Positions 45,878-55,033 of a DNA stretch of 64,000 nt are shown piece by piece. Below the pieces are notes generated by a model. It was not told the origin of the DNA, ran no database searches, and saw only the letters and a program-made list of their open reading frames with translations. Positions within the stretch are counted from its first letter, which is position 1. Every line of letters begins with the position of its first letter. The position numbers and the translations under genes were made by a program. Source of the DNA: Bdellovibrionales bacterium Ga0074137 (GTDB lineage Bacteria > Bdellovibrionota > Bdellovibrionia > Bdellovibrionales > JAMPXM01); the NCBI GenBank assembly GCA_001464715.1, contig LNDT01000027.1, forward strand, positions 23,746 through 87,745, given 5' to 3'.

Positions 45878-47479
45878 GTGGGGCTTGATGCGATTATTCT
45901 TTCGGACACTGTGCTTTATGGCGAGGTGGGAAATCCTCGGTATATGGGGCCTTATGCTATTGTGACTGCGCTCCGTGGGGCGGGTTATCGGGCTACTGTT
46001 CTTGACTACTTCACTCGGTTTTCTTCGGACGAGGTGTTTTTTGAATATCTTGGTCGGATGATTTCTCCTGAGACTAAGATGATTGGGATTTCTTCGACTT
46101 TTCTTGCCCCTTTTGTCGCTACTTTGGAACCGCGCACTCATCGGTCCACCGGACTTGATCGGTATTATTCTGGGGAGCTTTTTTTGCCGGATGGTGCGGC
46201 TCTGAAGGCTTGGACGGCGAAGCTTCGACGGCTTTTGAAGGACAAGGCTCCGTCGGCCAAAATTGTTTTGGGTGGGGTAAAAAGTCAGTTCGCTATTTGG
46301 CGTCCCGAATTTTATGACGATATCGATTTTGTTGTTTTGGGCGCGGGCGACAGGGCTGTGGTTGAAGTGATGAATCACATCGCTCATGGTGTGCCGTTGG
46401 CGACTCGTGAGCTTAACGGTCAGCGCGTCGTGGATAATGCGCGGGACCTGACCGACAAAACTTGTCCCGAAATGATTTTCACTGCCGAGGATTCGGTCGG
46501 GTATCAAGAAGCTCTGCCGCTGGAATTGGCTCGTGGATGTGTTTTTAACTGCAAGTTCTGCCACTATGAAAAAAAACAGAGCATTAAAAAGCCGCTCGAC
46601 GTTTTGCGCGGCGAACTGATTCGCAATTACGAACTTTTTGGAACGACGGCGTACACTTTTTGTGATGATTGTTTCAATGACCATCCGAAAAAGGTCGAAG
46701 CCTACTGCAATCTCTTTTTGTCGCTGCCATTTAAGATTGAGTGGACGGCGTACGCGCGGGTGGATGTTGCGGTGGCCTTTCCGCACACGCTTGATTTAAT
46801 GATCGCTTCAGGGGCCCGAGGTCTTTACTGGGGGATTGAATCTTTTGATGGTGACGTCGCGCGCCGCGCGGGCAAGGGAACTCCGCCCGATAAAGTGAAA
46901 GATTTCTTAATAAAGTTTCGCGACAAGTACCGTGGACAATGTTTGTCGGAAGGTTCATTCATCATCGGCCTTCCGGGCGAGACTCGCACTTCACTTGAAG
47001 AAACCTTGGAGTGGTTGATCAAAGAAGACGTTTTTGATCTTGTGACGTTCGGCCCCTTGGGGTTGATGCCCTACAGCTCCAACCTTGATCGCGTCGTTTT
47101 TGACTATGCCGCCTATTCGCGCGATCCCGAGAAACATGGGTTTACGAAAGTGTCGTTCAAGCCCCACTACTGGGAGCACGAACATATGAATTCGACTGAA
47201 GCGGCGGACATTGCTGCCGCGATGTCACAAGCTTGGCGCGTCTTTAAGAAGCCGGGCTTGTTGAGGACGATTTGGTTTTATCCGCACTTACGCACGCTCG
47301 GATTTTCTCGCGAAGAAATATCAGTTATTGCGACGGATTCGGCAAATATTGGGATGTGGACGGCCCGAGTCTCCGAGAGATTTGCAAAGCATGTTGGAGA
47401 GTACCACGTGCGACTACTTGAAGCGGTCACGGCGACAAATAAGGCGTTGGCGAATTCAGAAGCTGAGCGAAATCTGTAG
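45878..47479 (+). CDS. B12-binding-domain radical SAM protein (class B rSAM-like)
   Basis: N-terminal B12-binding-like domain (AIILSDTVLYGEVGNPRYMGPYAIVTALRGAGY), radical SAM cluster motif ARGCVFNCKFCHY (CxxxCxxC), GTG start. Confidence 0.75.
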   Translation: MGLDAIILSDTVLYGEVGNPRYMGPYAIVTALRGAGYRATVLDYFTRFSSDEVFFEYLGRMISPETKMIGISSTFLAPFVATLEPRTHRSTGLDRYYSGELFLPDGAALKAWTAKLRRLLKDKAPSAKIVLGGVKSQFAIWRPEFYDDIDFVVLGAGDRAVVEVMNHIAHGVPLATRELNGQRVVDNARDLTDKTCPEMIFTAEDSVGYQEALPLELARGCVFNCKFCHYEKKQSIKKPLDVLRGELIRNYELFGTTAYTFCDDCFNDHPKKVEAYCNLFLSLPFKIEWTAYARVDVAVAFPHTLDLMIASGARGLYWGIESFDGDVARRAGKGTPPDKVKDFLIKFRDKYRGQCLSEGSFIIGLPGETRTSLEETLEWLIKEDVFDLVTFGPLGLMPYSSNLDRVVFDYAAYSRDPEKHGFTKVSFKPHYWEHEHMNSTEAADIAAAMSQAWRVFKKPGLLRTIWFYPHLRTLGFSREEISVIATDSANIGMWTARVSERFAKHVGEYHVRLLEAVTATNKALANSEAERNL

Positions 47480-47486
47480 CTTTTAG

Positions 47487-48140
47487 CTAGGCTTCGGCAG
47501 ATTTGGCGGAACGAAGTTTTTCGGCGGCGGCGGCATAGTCAATTTGATCGTCGAACAAAATTTTTCGCTCCTGAAACCTCTCCGCAAGAATTTCGCAACC
47601 ACGGTCAAGCCTGTGATCAGCGTAAAGAATTCCGACGACGATCGGTTTCTCGTTTTTTAAATATCCGCCCCATTTTTCGTCGAAGGTCAGAAGTTCGTAG
47701 CCAATTTCGGTCATCTGTTTGAGTCGCAGTGAGCCCTCTTCCATCGCGCCGACAACCGATTTCGCGCCGGCTTGTTTTGAAATTTTGAGACCCGCCCATC
47801 GAAGAATCCCGTGAAGACCTTTCCCTTCGAAGGCGCTTGCCGTCGCGACTCGTCCGATAACAACGAGAGGAAGCTCGAATTTTGAAGCATCATGTGCCAG
47901 CAGAACGACTTTATAAAAATCGAGGGGCTTTTTTAGAAATGCGAGTCGAATGATAGATACCAATTCACCGTCACTTTGGCCGATGAGTCCGATATTTAGA
48001 TATCTTTCATCACTTTCGTTCCACGCGAGACGTGAGACATCGACTTTGCTGCCATAGCGCCGAGCGTAGGCGTCGATTCGTAATTTCGACACTTGATCCG
48101 CGTGCGCGCCTGAAAGAGTTTTAAGCGAAAATCGATCCAC
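47487..48140 (-). CDS. GNAT-fold acyltransferase-like protein
   Basis: VVIGRVATASAFEGKGLHGILRWAGLKISKQAGAKSVVGAM resembles a GNAT acyl-CoA-binding core. The start is uncertain: the GTG at 48138-48140 is chosen, whereas the track start at 48260 is a TTG overlapping the dus start. Confidence 0.45.
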   Translation of the reverse strand: MDRFSLKTLSGAHADQVSKLRIDAYARRYGSKVDVSRLAWNESDERYLNIGLIGQSDGELVSIIRLAFLKKPLDFYKVVLLAHDASKFELPLVVIGRVATASAFEGKGLHGILRWAGLKISKQAGAKSVVGAMEEGSLRLKQMTEIGYELLTFDEKWGGYLKNEKPIVVGILYADHRLDRGCEILAERFQERKILFDDQIDYAAAAEKLRSAKSAEA

Positions 48141-48259
48141 GGTGCTATCGTCGCGGCAGGGACTGGCACGATCAAGCTTAAAACGGGTCGTTTTCCTATG
48201 TGAAACCGCCGAGCGACCTTGCGAAATGCGGCGTTCTCGAGCTACAACTCGCCGTGCCA

Positions 48260-49321
48260 ATGACCGAAGTTAAACGTCCATTTATCAATCTCGCAGAAGA
48301 GCTGAAGCGAAATCCGTTTGTGCTCGCGCCGATGGCGGGAATCACAGACTGTGCTTTTCGTACGGTTATGCGGGAACTCGGTTGTGGTGCTGTCATCACG
48401 GAACTCGTCTCGGCGCATGGAATTGAATACGCGAGCCGCAAAACCTTGCAGCTGATGGAGTACGACGAGGCTCAGCGGCCCATTGGAATTCAATTGTTTG
48501 GCGAGACGCCTGAAATTCTTGCGCGCGCAGCGAAAGTTTCCGAGGAGCGCGGCGCGGACTTCGTCGATCTCAATTTTGGATGCCCAGTTCCGAAAGTGGT
48601 GAAAAAAGGTGCCGGTTCGGCCATTTTGAAGGACCTTGTTGCGGTTGAAAAAGTCTTCCGCGCCGTCAAAGGCGCGGTTTCGATTCCGGTCACTGTTAAG
48701 ATTCGAACAGGTTGGGATCATGAATCTCGAAATGCCTCCGATGTGGCCCAGATCGCTTATGACCAGGGTCTTTCATGGGTAGCGATTCACGGACGCACGC
48801 GAGCTGCAGGTTATTCGGGTTTGGCCGACTGGGATTTTATCGCTGAGGTAAAATCCAAGGCGAAACTCCCCATTCTGGGGAACGGCGACATACTTTCCGC
48901 AGAGACAGCTGTGCGTCGGATTCACGAAACCGGAGTCGATGGAGTCATGATCGGTCGTGGATGCCTAAAAAACCCATGGATCTTCAAGCAATCCATGGGG
49001 CTTTGGGCCCAAGGGCAGGTTCCGGCGGTAGAAAAAGACTTCAGCCTCCTCTTTGAGCGATTGCACCAGGCCTTTAAGGCTGTAGCCGTCGACGGCGGCC
49101 CTAGCTATCCTCCCGAGCGATTTATCATGCTGCAGATTAAGAAATTTGCTTCGTGGTATTCGACCGGGTATCCTGGCGCCTCGCAATTTCGGAGGACCAT
49201 CTTTCAGCATGAGTCTTTGGAGGCCACGCTCGCGGCCGTCTTTGACTACTTCCGCAGCATTGCTTCGATCGTGCAGTCGGACACCAGCCATGAGTCCTTT
49301 CTCATGGGGGGGCACGGCTAG
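48260..49321 (+). CDS. tRNA-dihydrouridine synthase
   Basis: FVLAPMAGITDCAFR..DLNFGCP..KIRTGWD..IHGRT is the Dus family signature. ATG at 48260 chosen. Confidence 0.85.
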   Translation: MTEVKRPFINLAEELKRNPFVLAPMAGITDCAFRTVMRELGCGAVITELVSAHGIEYASRKTLQLMEYDEAQRPIGIQLFGETPEILARAAKVSEERGADFVDLNFGCPVPKVVKKGAGSAILKDLVAVEKVFRAVKGAVSIPVTVKIRTGWDHESRNASDVAQIAYDQGLSWVAIHGRTRAAGYSGLADWDFIAEVKSKAKLPILGNGDILSAETAVRRIHETGVDGVMIGRGCLKNPWIFKQSMGLWAQGQVPAVEKDFSLLFERLHQAFKAVAVDGGPSYPPERFIMLQIKKFASWYSTGYPGASQFRRTIFQHESLEATLAAVFDYFRSIASIVQSDTSHESFLMGGHG

Positions 49322-49384
49322 TGATTGAGATACTGAACACTGAATACGGTTTTTGAGTTACTAAGAACGAAACGGAAAGCTCGC

Positions 49385-51205
49385 ATGGAACAAATCACGG
49401 CAGAAAAAATTCGAAACATCGCCATCATCGCGCACGTCGATCACGGCAAAACGACACTCGTTGATCACTTGCTTCGTCAAAGCGGTATGTACCGTACAAA
49501 CGAGCACGTTGAAGAGCGAGTCATGGACTCGATGGATCTCGAACGCGAACGCGGTATTACAATCGCGGCGAAGAACGCTTCGTTTATTTACAAAGGTCAC
49601 AAAATAAATATCGTCGATACACCGGGGCACAGTGACTTCGGCGGCGAAGTTGAACGTATCCTCAACATGGTCGATGGCTGCGTTCTTCTGGTCGACGCAT
49701 CGGAAGGTCCACTTCCGCAAACACGTTTCGTTTTAAAGAAGGCGCTTGAGCAAAACAAGAACGTCATCTTGTGCATCAACAAGATTGATCGTCCTGACTC
49801 GCGCGTGGAAGAAGTTTTGAACGAAGTCTTCGACTTGTTCATCGATCTTGATGCAACTGAAAAACAAGCCGATTTCCCAGTCGTTTACGCGGTCGCGCGT
49901 GAGGGTTGGGCGACCGACGATCCGAAAGTCAAAAAAGATAATCTCGAAATTCTCTACGACATGATCATCAATAAGGTTGATCCACCAAAGGGTAAGTCGG
50001 AAGAACCGCTTCAAGTGATGTGTTCGAACCTGGGATGGAACGCGTTCGTCGGTCGTCTCGGCATCGGCCGCGTTTTGAACGGCGTTCTTCGCGTGAATGA
50101 CGAAGCTTTGCTTTCGACGGCCGAAGGTAACAAAAAAGGCAAGATCTCGGCGCTCTACGCTTATGATGGTATGAAGCAGGTCCCGGTGAAAGAACTCGTC
50201 GCGGGCGATATCGCCATTGTCGCAGGTTTTGAAAACATCGATATCGGCGACACCATTATGTCGCCGACGAATCCGAAACCGCTTCCGCGAATCATCGTCG
50301 AAGAGCCAACGGTTGCGATGATGCTTTCGGTGAACGATTCGCCTTTCGCAGGTCTTGAAGGCAAAAACGTCACGTCTCGAAAAATTCTCGAGCGTCTCGA
50401 GCGCGAAATCAAAACCAACGTTGCGATTCGTCTCGAGCAAACAGATCGTCCTGAGACTTTCAAACTCTTGGGTCGCGGCGAACTTCAGCTGGGCGTTTTG
50501 GTCGAGCAGATGCGTCGCGAAGGTTACGAGTGCAAAATCGGTAAACCCACGGTCATTTTCAAAAACGAAAACGGTAAGAAAATGGAGCCGATGGAGAACG
50601 CGGTTGTCGACGTGGCCGAAGCCTACACGGGTATCGTCTCTGAAAAGATGGGGATGCGCCGTGGCGTTATGACGAACATGGTGAACAAGGGTTCGGGCCG
50701 TGTCCGTATCGAGTTCTACATTCCAGCGCGTGGTCTGATCGGCTATCGCTCTGAGTTTCTCACAGACACTCGCGGTACAGGCTTGCTCAACACCAATTTC
50801 GCAGGCTGGGACGAATATAAAGGCGACATCTCATTCCGTAAAAACGGAGCGATGATTTCGGATCGCAAAGGCAAGTCGACTCCCTACGCTCTCTGGTATC
50901 TTGAAGAGCGCGGAAAGATCTTTATTCATCCAGGGACCGAAGTTTACGACGGCATGGTTGTCGGCGAAAACGCCAAAGAGAACGATCTCACGGTGAATGT
51001 TTGCCGCGAGAAAAAACTCACGAACGTTCGCGCCTCGGGTACGGATGAAGCGGTCAAGCTTACGACCGTTAAGCTCAAGACTCTTGAAGAGGCGATGGAG
51101 TGGATCACAGACGAGGAAGTTATCGAGATAACTCCCCAGTCGATTCGAATCCGCGTTCGGGAACTTGATCCGCACAAACGTAAGAAAACAGCAGCCGCGG
51201 ATTGA
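49385..51205 (+). CDS. typA: translational GTPase TypA/BipA
   Basis: IRNIAIIAHVDHGKTTLVD..DTPGHSDFGGEVER..NKIDR, with a full-length 606-aa EF-G-like architecture. Confidence 0.95.
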   Translation: MEQITAEKIRNIAIIAHVDHGKTTLVDHLLRQSGMYRTNEHVEERVMDSMDLERERGITIAAKNASFIYKGHKINIVDTPGHSDFGGEVERILNMVDGCVLLVDASEGPLPQTRFVLKKALEQNKNVILCINKIDRPDSRVEEVLNEVFDLFIDLDATEKQADFPVVYAVAREGWATDDPKVKKDNLEILYDMIINKVDPPKGKSEEPLQVMCSNLGWNAFVGRLGIGRVLNGVLRVNDEALLSTAEGNKKGKISALYAYDGMKQVPVKELVAGDIAIVAGFENIDIGDTIMSPTNPKPLPRIIVEEPTVAMMLSVNDSPFAGLEGKNVTSRKILERLEREIKTNVAIRLEQTDRPETFKLLGRGELQLGVLVEQMRREGYECKIGKPTVIFKNENGKKMEPMENAVVDVAEAYTGIVSEKMGMRRGVMTNMVNKGSGRVRIEFYIPARGLIGYRSEFLTDTRGTGLLNTNFAGWDEYKGDISFRKNGAMISDRKGKSTPYALWYLEERGKIFIHPGTEVYDGMVVGENAKENDLTVNVCREKKLTNVRASGTDEAVKLTTVKLKTLEEAMEWITDEEVIEITPQSIRIRVRELDPHKRKKTAAAD

Positions 51206-51238
51206 TAAAGGGACCTCCAAAATTCGATGTCCGAAAAA

Positions 51239-51260
51239 AGCGACCCCACTTCGGGTCGCT
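51239..51260. terminator. bidirectional rho-independent terminator between typA and the TetR gene
   Basis: AGCGACCC-CACTTC-GGGTCGCT is flanked by AAAAAA upstream and a T-run (TCTTTTTT) downstream. Confidence 0.8.
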
Positions 51261-51271
51261 TCTTTTTTGAG

Positions 51272-51961
51272 TCAAATTGTGGATTCTTTCTTAGGCTCTA
51301 GCGGTCGAATGAAGTCGAGTGTCTTGATCAGCGGTGTAAGCACCGTGCCGCTGAGAGGAATCCGCGTGAAGCGAACGAGCCTTACGATTTGCCGGGTGAG
51401 TTGTTGCAACAGGGCGTCCGTCTTCTCCTGGTTCTGAGATTCGTCAAAAATCCAGAACAACATGATGCCCATAAGATACATCCAGAAGAGTTCGGGCAAG
51501 TAGGGTCGAAGGCGTTTCTCACATTTCAGATCACTCGTCTGGATCATTTCGCGAAAAATCTGAATTGTCGCTTCGCGGATTTCCTTTTGCCCGTCCGAGA
51601 ACGGGGAGAGTGGTGATCGCGGATCGACGGCGCTTCTTGAGAGTACAATCAGAAGTTCGCGCGAATCCTCGAAGGTCGAAAGGCGAGCCTTTAAAACTCC
51701 TGTTAAGCGATCTTCGAATTTTTCCGTCGACGCAAAAACCGCTCGGCATTCCGCTTCAAACGTCTCGAAAGAACGTTGATAAAACTGTTGGATGACCGCT
51801 TCCTTATTCGGGAAATGATAATAAAATGCACCGGGCGAAAGCTCGGCCGCTGTCGCAAGGTCCCGCATCGTGGTTTGATCAAACCCCTTATTTAAGAAGT
51901 GCTCCATTGAGATCGTGTAGAGTCTTTCTGCCGTCACCTCAGACTTGGATTTTTTCGCCAT
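51272..51961 (-). CDS. TetR/AcrR-family transcriptional regulator
   Basis: N-terminal HTH ERLYTISMEHFLNKGFDQTTMRDLATAAELSPGAFYYHFPNKEAV. Confidence 0.85.
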   Translation of the reverse strand: MAKKSKSEVTAERLYTISMEHFLNKGFDQTTMRDLATAAELSPGAFYYHFPNKEAVIQQFYQRSFETFEAECRAVFASTEKFEDRLTGVLKARLSTFEDSRELLIVLSRSAVDPRSPLSPFSDGQKEIREATIQIFREMIQTSDLKCEKRLRPYLPELFWMYLMGIMLFWIFDESQNQEKTDALLQQLTRQIVRLVRFTRIPLSGTVLTPLIKTLDFIRPLEPKKESTI

Positions 51962-52039
51962 GTACCGTTTATAGCACGCCGGTAAAACAATTTGAACGTG
52001 TTTAAAAAAGATGATAGAATTTAAATGCGTTCAAAAATG

Positions 52040-52051
52040 TGACTTAAGTCA
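52040..52051. promoter_or_regulatory. perfect 12-nt palindrome TGACTTAAGTCA, a candidate TetR operator
   Basis: It lies in the 106-bp divergent intergenic region, 17 nt upstream of the ATG at 52068. An outer inverted repeat TTTGAACG...CGTTCAAA flanks it upstream. Confidence 0.35.
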
Positions 52052-52067
52052 TTGAAAGGACTAACAT

Positions 52068-52499
52068 ATGGATAGGTACTCGCTTCCCAGTCAAAGTGTT
52101 CGAATTCTCGCAGCTGTTACCAGTGGGGTTTATGCGGTCAGTTTGGATTTTCAGAGTGTGGGGCTCGTTGGCCACATCGGAGCCGTCATCCTTGCCGCAG
52201 CGGCCGGATACTTGTTGGGATTTCTTGTTCCAAAGCCGCTCATTCGGTGGACTCTGGACCGACAAGCCGTCGTGGGGAGTTTCGTGATCTCCTACCTAAC
52301 GATGCTGCTAATTGCTGCCGGAGTTGTCTTTGCGATGATGCTGTCTGAGTCAGAGGCACTCAGTTTTAAAACAGTCGGTCTTGGGTTCGTAGGCTACATG
52401 ATTTTTGGAGGGTTTGCCGCACTGATCGGGGCGGTCTTCGCTTGGTATCCGACACTGGCGACTTTTCTGTATCTGCGCGATCGAAGGGATTACTTGTGA
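52068..52499 (+). CDS. integral membrane protein (143 aa), unknown function
   Basis: AAAGGA SD and four predicted hydrophobic helices. Divergent from the TetR gene. Confidence 0.6.
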   Translation: MDRYSLPSQSVRILAAVTSGVYAVSLDFQSVGLVGHIGAVILAAAAGYLLGFLVPKPLIRWTLDRQAVVGSFVISYLTMLLIAAGVVFAMMLSESEALSFKTVGLGFVGYMIFGGFAALIGAVFAWYPTLATFLYLRDRRDYL

Positions 52500-53443
52500 A
52501 AAAGATCATCCTCGCTGGCGGCGCGGGTTATCTCGGCCGAGCTCTGGCGCAGCACTTTCTCAATGACGGTTTTGAAGTCGTGACACTCTCTCGCAAAACC
52601 TTTGATGCGCTACCAGGCGAGCGCATCGGGCTTTGGGATGGAAAGTCGTTGGGTCCGTGGACAAGGGAACTCGAAAATACAGTGGCTCTGATTAACCTCG
52701 CGGGTCGAACCGTGAACTGCCGCTACACTCCGACAAATCGAAAAGAAATGATGGAGTCGCGTGTCCAAAGTACGCGTGTTCTCGGGGAAGCGGTTCGTGC
52801 CTGCACCGAGCCTCCGAAAGTTTGGATGAACTCGAGTACCGCGACAATCTATCGTCATGCGATCGACTGCGAACAAACCGAAGCGTCGGGGCAGATTGGA
52901 AAAGGATTTTCTGTGGAAATCGCGAAAGCATGGGAGCAAGAGTTTTTCAGGCATCGGCGTGATGGCGTTCGCCAAATTGCGCTGAGAACTGCGATGGTTT
53001 TTGGCCAGGGTCGCGGCGGTGTTTACGAAGCGTTTTGCAGCATTGCCAAACAAGGTTTGGGCGGCCGCGCAGGGGATGGAACTCAGTACGTTTCTTGGAT
53101 TCATCTCGATGACTTCGTCGGAATGATCGACTGGATAATTGCACACACCGAGCTCGACGGCGTCGTCAACGTTGCAAGTCCTGACCCGCAGCCGAACGCC
53201 AAATTCATGCGCGCTCTTCGTGAATCACTGGGAGTTCGTTTTGGACTCAATGCCACCGAATGGATGCTTGAGATCGGTGCCTTCTTCAAAAAAACTGAGA
53301 CTGAACTGCTGATGAAGAGCCGTCGGGTGGTGCCCGAACGAATGTTGGGCGCCGGTTACAAAATGAAGCACCCAAACTTAAAACACGCGATGAAAGATCT
53401 CGCGGAACGAAATAGTTACCGGCAAACCCAGTTTCCGAAATAG
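52496..53443 (+). CDS. SDR-family epimerase-like protein (YfcH / TIGR01777-type with DUF1731-like C-terminus)
   Basis: The GTG at 52496 overlaps the upstream stop (GTGA), with GAAGGGA as SD. (M)KKIILAGGAGYLGRAL is a Rossmann motif. The conserved core is WIHLDD. Confidence 0.7.
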   Translation: MKKIILAGGAGYLGRALAQHFLNDGFEVVTLSRKTFDALPGERIGLWDGKSLGPWTRELENTVALINLAGRTVNCRYTPTNRKEMMESRVQSTRVLGEAVRACTEPPKVWMNSSTATIYRHAIDCEQTEASGQIGKGFSVEIAKAWEQEFFRHRRDGVRQIALRTAMVFGQGRGGVYEAFCSIAKQGLGGRAGDGTQYVSWIHLDDFVGMIDWIIAHTELDGVVNVASPDPQPNAKFMRALRESLGVRFGLNATEWMLEIGAFFKKTETELLMKSRRVVPERMLGAGYKMKHPNLKHAMKDLAERNSYRQTQFPK

Positions 53444-53811
53444 AAGTCGGTGGTGAGATTCGGAGCTGAACCTTCTTTAAAGCAGGTCGTAAAGATCCGC
53501 GACGTGCTGTTGTAGTCAGCCTGCTGACATGAAAGTGCGCCGTAAGCGCCGTCGTCGATGAGTTCGCACAAGTAGCCGACAACGCCGAGTTCAAAGACCG
53601 CCGGTTTCTGAATCAAAACGTGCTCGTGGTACGGATCGTTACAGGGTTCGTTTCCCCATTGATCGCAATCCTCGCTGAGGCCGCCGCGGGCCAAAAGTTC
53701 GCCCGGAAGAACAAGATTTGAATCCGAAGGAAGATACGGACCGCGAGCTTCGGCGTTCAAGGTCGTGCCCAAAAAACTCACGAAAAGTAATGCCGCGAAA
53801 AGTGATTTCAT
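53416..53811 (-). CDS. small Cys-rich secreted protein (131 aa)
   Basis: The ATG at 53809-53811 has a GGGGGA SD. Signal peptide MKSLFAALLFVSFLGTTLNAEA. Six Cys. Its 3' end overlaps the convergent epimerase-like gene by 28 nt. Confidence 0.6.
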   Translation of the reverse strand: MKSLFAALLFVSFLGTTLNAEARGPYLPSDSNLVLPGELLARGGLSEDCDQWGNEPCNDPYHEHVLIQKPAVFELGVVGYLCELIDDGAYGALSCQQADYNSTSRIFTTCFKEGSAPNLTTDFYFGNWVCR

Positions 53812-53884
53812 CAAATCCCCCCTGTTAGGAGAGGGGTTAAGCGATGAGGCACTTTGAAGGCAAGAAGGTAGTCTTTGCGGCGTG

Positions 53885-54823
53885 TTAGTTTTCTGTTTCC
53901 GTCGCAGAGGTGTCGCTAGGTTCGATCTGCTCAATGGGAGCGACTTCGGTTTCCGTTGCAAGTTCGCTCTCCAGGCGATCGGCCGGCGGTGGACGCCGGG
54001 AATCGATAGCCTCTTCCGAAAGGGCTTCATTAAGCTCTTCGGCGAGGGACTCGTCGTAGCTCTCATCAATGGTTACGGCCGTTTGACCGAAGAGAGTTCG
54101 TGCCTGCTGTAAAGCCAGGGCACGAGTTTCAGTGTCGATGCGCTTAAAGCGCGCGAGGCGATCGATGATTTGGGACATCTGTCGGTAAGCAAAAGGAGTC
54201 ATTTTCTTCGAGTGAAAACTGACCGCGTACTTTTTTGGATTCGGCAAAAGAAACGCCAGCCATGCCCCTTGGGCCGCCGTGAGCTCTGAAGGAGCGACGC
54301 CGAAGTAGTGCCGAGCGGCGGCTTTGATGCCGTAGACGTTTTTGTCGAACTCGACGACGTTGAGGTATTTCTCAAGGATCAATTCCTTTTTGTAAAGGCG
54401 CTCGATTCGCAAGGCGATCACGGCTTCGCGGACTTTTCTCAAGAGAGTTTTCTCTGGAGTTAGGTAGACATTTTTGGCTAGCTGTTGAGTGATCGTCGAG
54501 CCGCCGCGGGCGAGGCGACCTTTTTCGATGTTGGTTTCAAAACTTCGTCGTAGCTCAATCCAATCAATCCCTTTGTGATCCCAAAAAGCAGCATCTTCCG
54601 AAACAATGACGGCGTTCCTCGCGACCTGTGAAATCGAAGAAAGACGCACGTAAGATGGGTCATCTTTACATAGTGAAACACCGTACATCTTCGTTTTGAG
54701 GCATCCAGCCAGATCCTTCGCATCGGGAATGAAAACGAAAAAGCCTGCGGCAGCTGCAGCGATGAAGGCACCACTGCAGATCAGTACCATTAAAAACCAA
54801 CCCATGGGGGCCGCTTTGCGCAC
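53885..54823 (-). CDS. mtgA: monofunctional peptidoglycan glycosyltransferase (GT51) with an acidic C-terminal tail
   Basis: N-terminal TM. GT51 motifs VIVSEDAAFWDHKGID and RGGSTITQQLAKN. There is no transpeptidase domain. The C-terminal roughly 70 aa are Glu/Asp-rich. Confidence 0.85.
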   Translation of the reverse strand: MRKAAPMGWFLMVLICSGAFIAAAAAGFFVFIPDAKDLAGCLKTKMYGVSLCKDDPSYVRLSSISQVARNAVIVSEDAAFWDHKGIDWIELRRSFETNIEKGRLARGGSTITQQLAKNVYLTPEKTLLRKVREAVIALRIERLYKKELILEKYLNVVEFDKNVYGIKAAARHYFGVAPSELTAAQGAWLAFLLPNPKKYAVSFHSKKMTPFAYRQMSQIIDRLARFKRIDTETRALALQQARTLFGQTAVTIDESYDESLAEELNEALSEEAIDSRRPPPADRLESELATETEVAPIEQIEPSDTSATETEN

Positions 54824-55033
54824 GTGAGTCCTTCCTGATTAAAGCCAAATCTGGATGACCGGCCCGATGACCGGCCAGATGACCTGATAGTTGTTACCGG
54901 TCTTTTTGTCGTCTCGACAACAGTACCCTTAACTTCCCGTTTGAAACACCGGTTTGAAACGATTGAAGGTGAAAAAATGGCCGAAATCAGGGTACATATC
55001 TGGCAATACCGTCATTTACCGCCAGTTAAAAAC

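Noticed and set aside
45360-45909. ORFs 45360..45608 (-), 45421..45909 (-), 45426..45773 (+) and 45473..45844 (+)
   Set aside because: They overlap the tRNA-Phe gene and the repeat/hairpin spacer. They are basic, low-complexity translations with no SD.
45824-46786. 320-aa minus-strand ORF, the longest unassigned ORF in the window
   Set aside because: It is entirely antisense to the radical SAM gene, which carries a CxxxCxxC cluster and a B12-domain motif. Its translation is R/K/S/P-rich and lacks structure.
45508-47479. Calling a genomic island or prophage at tRNA-Phe
   Set aside because: Only a 17-nt duplication of the tRNA end is visible. There are no integrase, excisionase or phage genes within the window, so I report an att-like scar, not an island.
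49733-50440. 235-aa minus-strand ORF
   Set aside because: It is antisense to typA, which is unambiguous.
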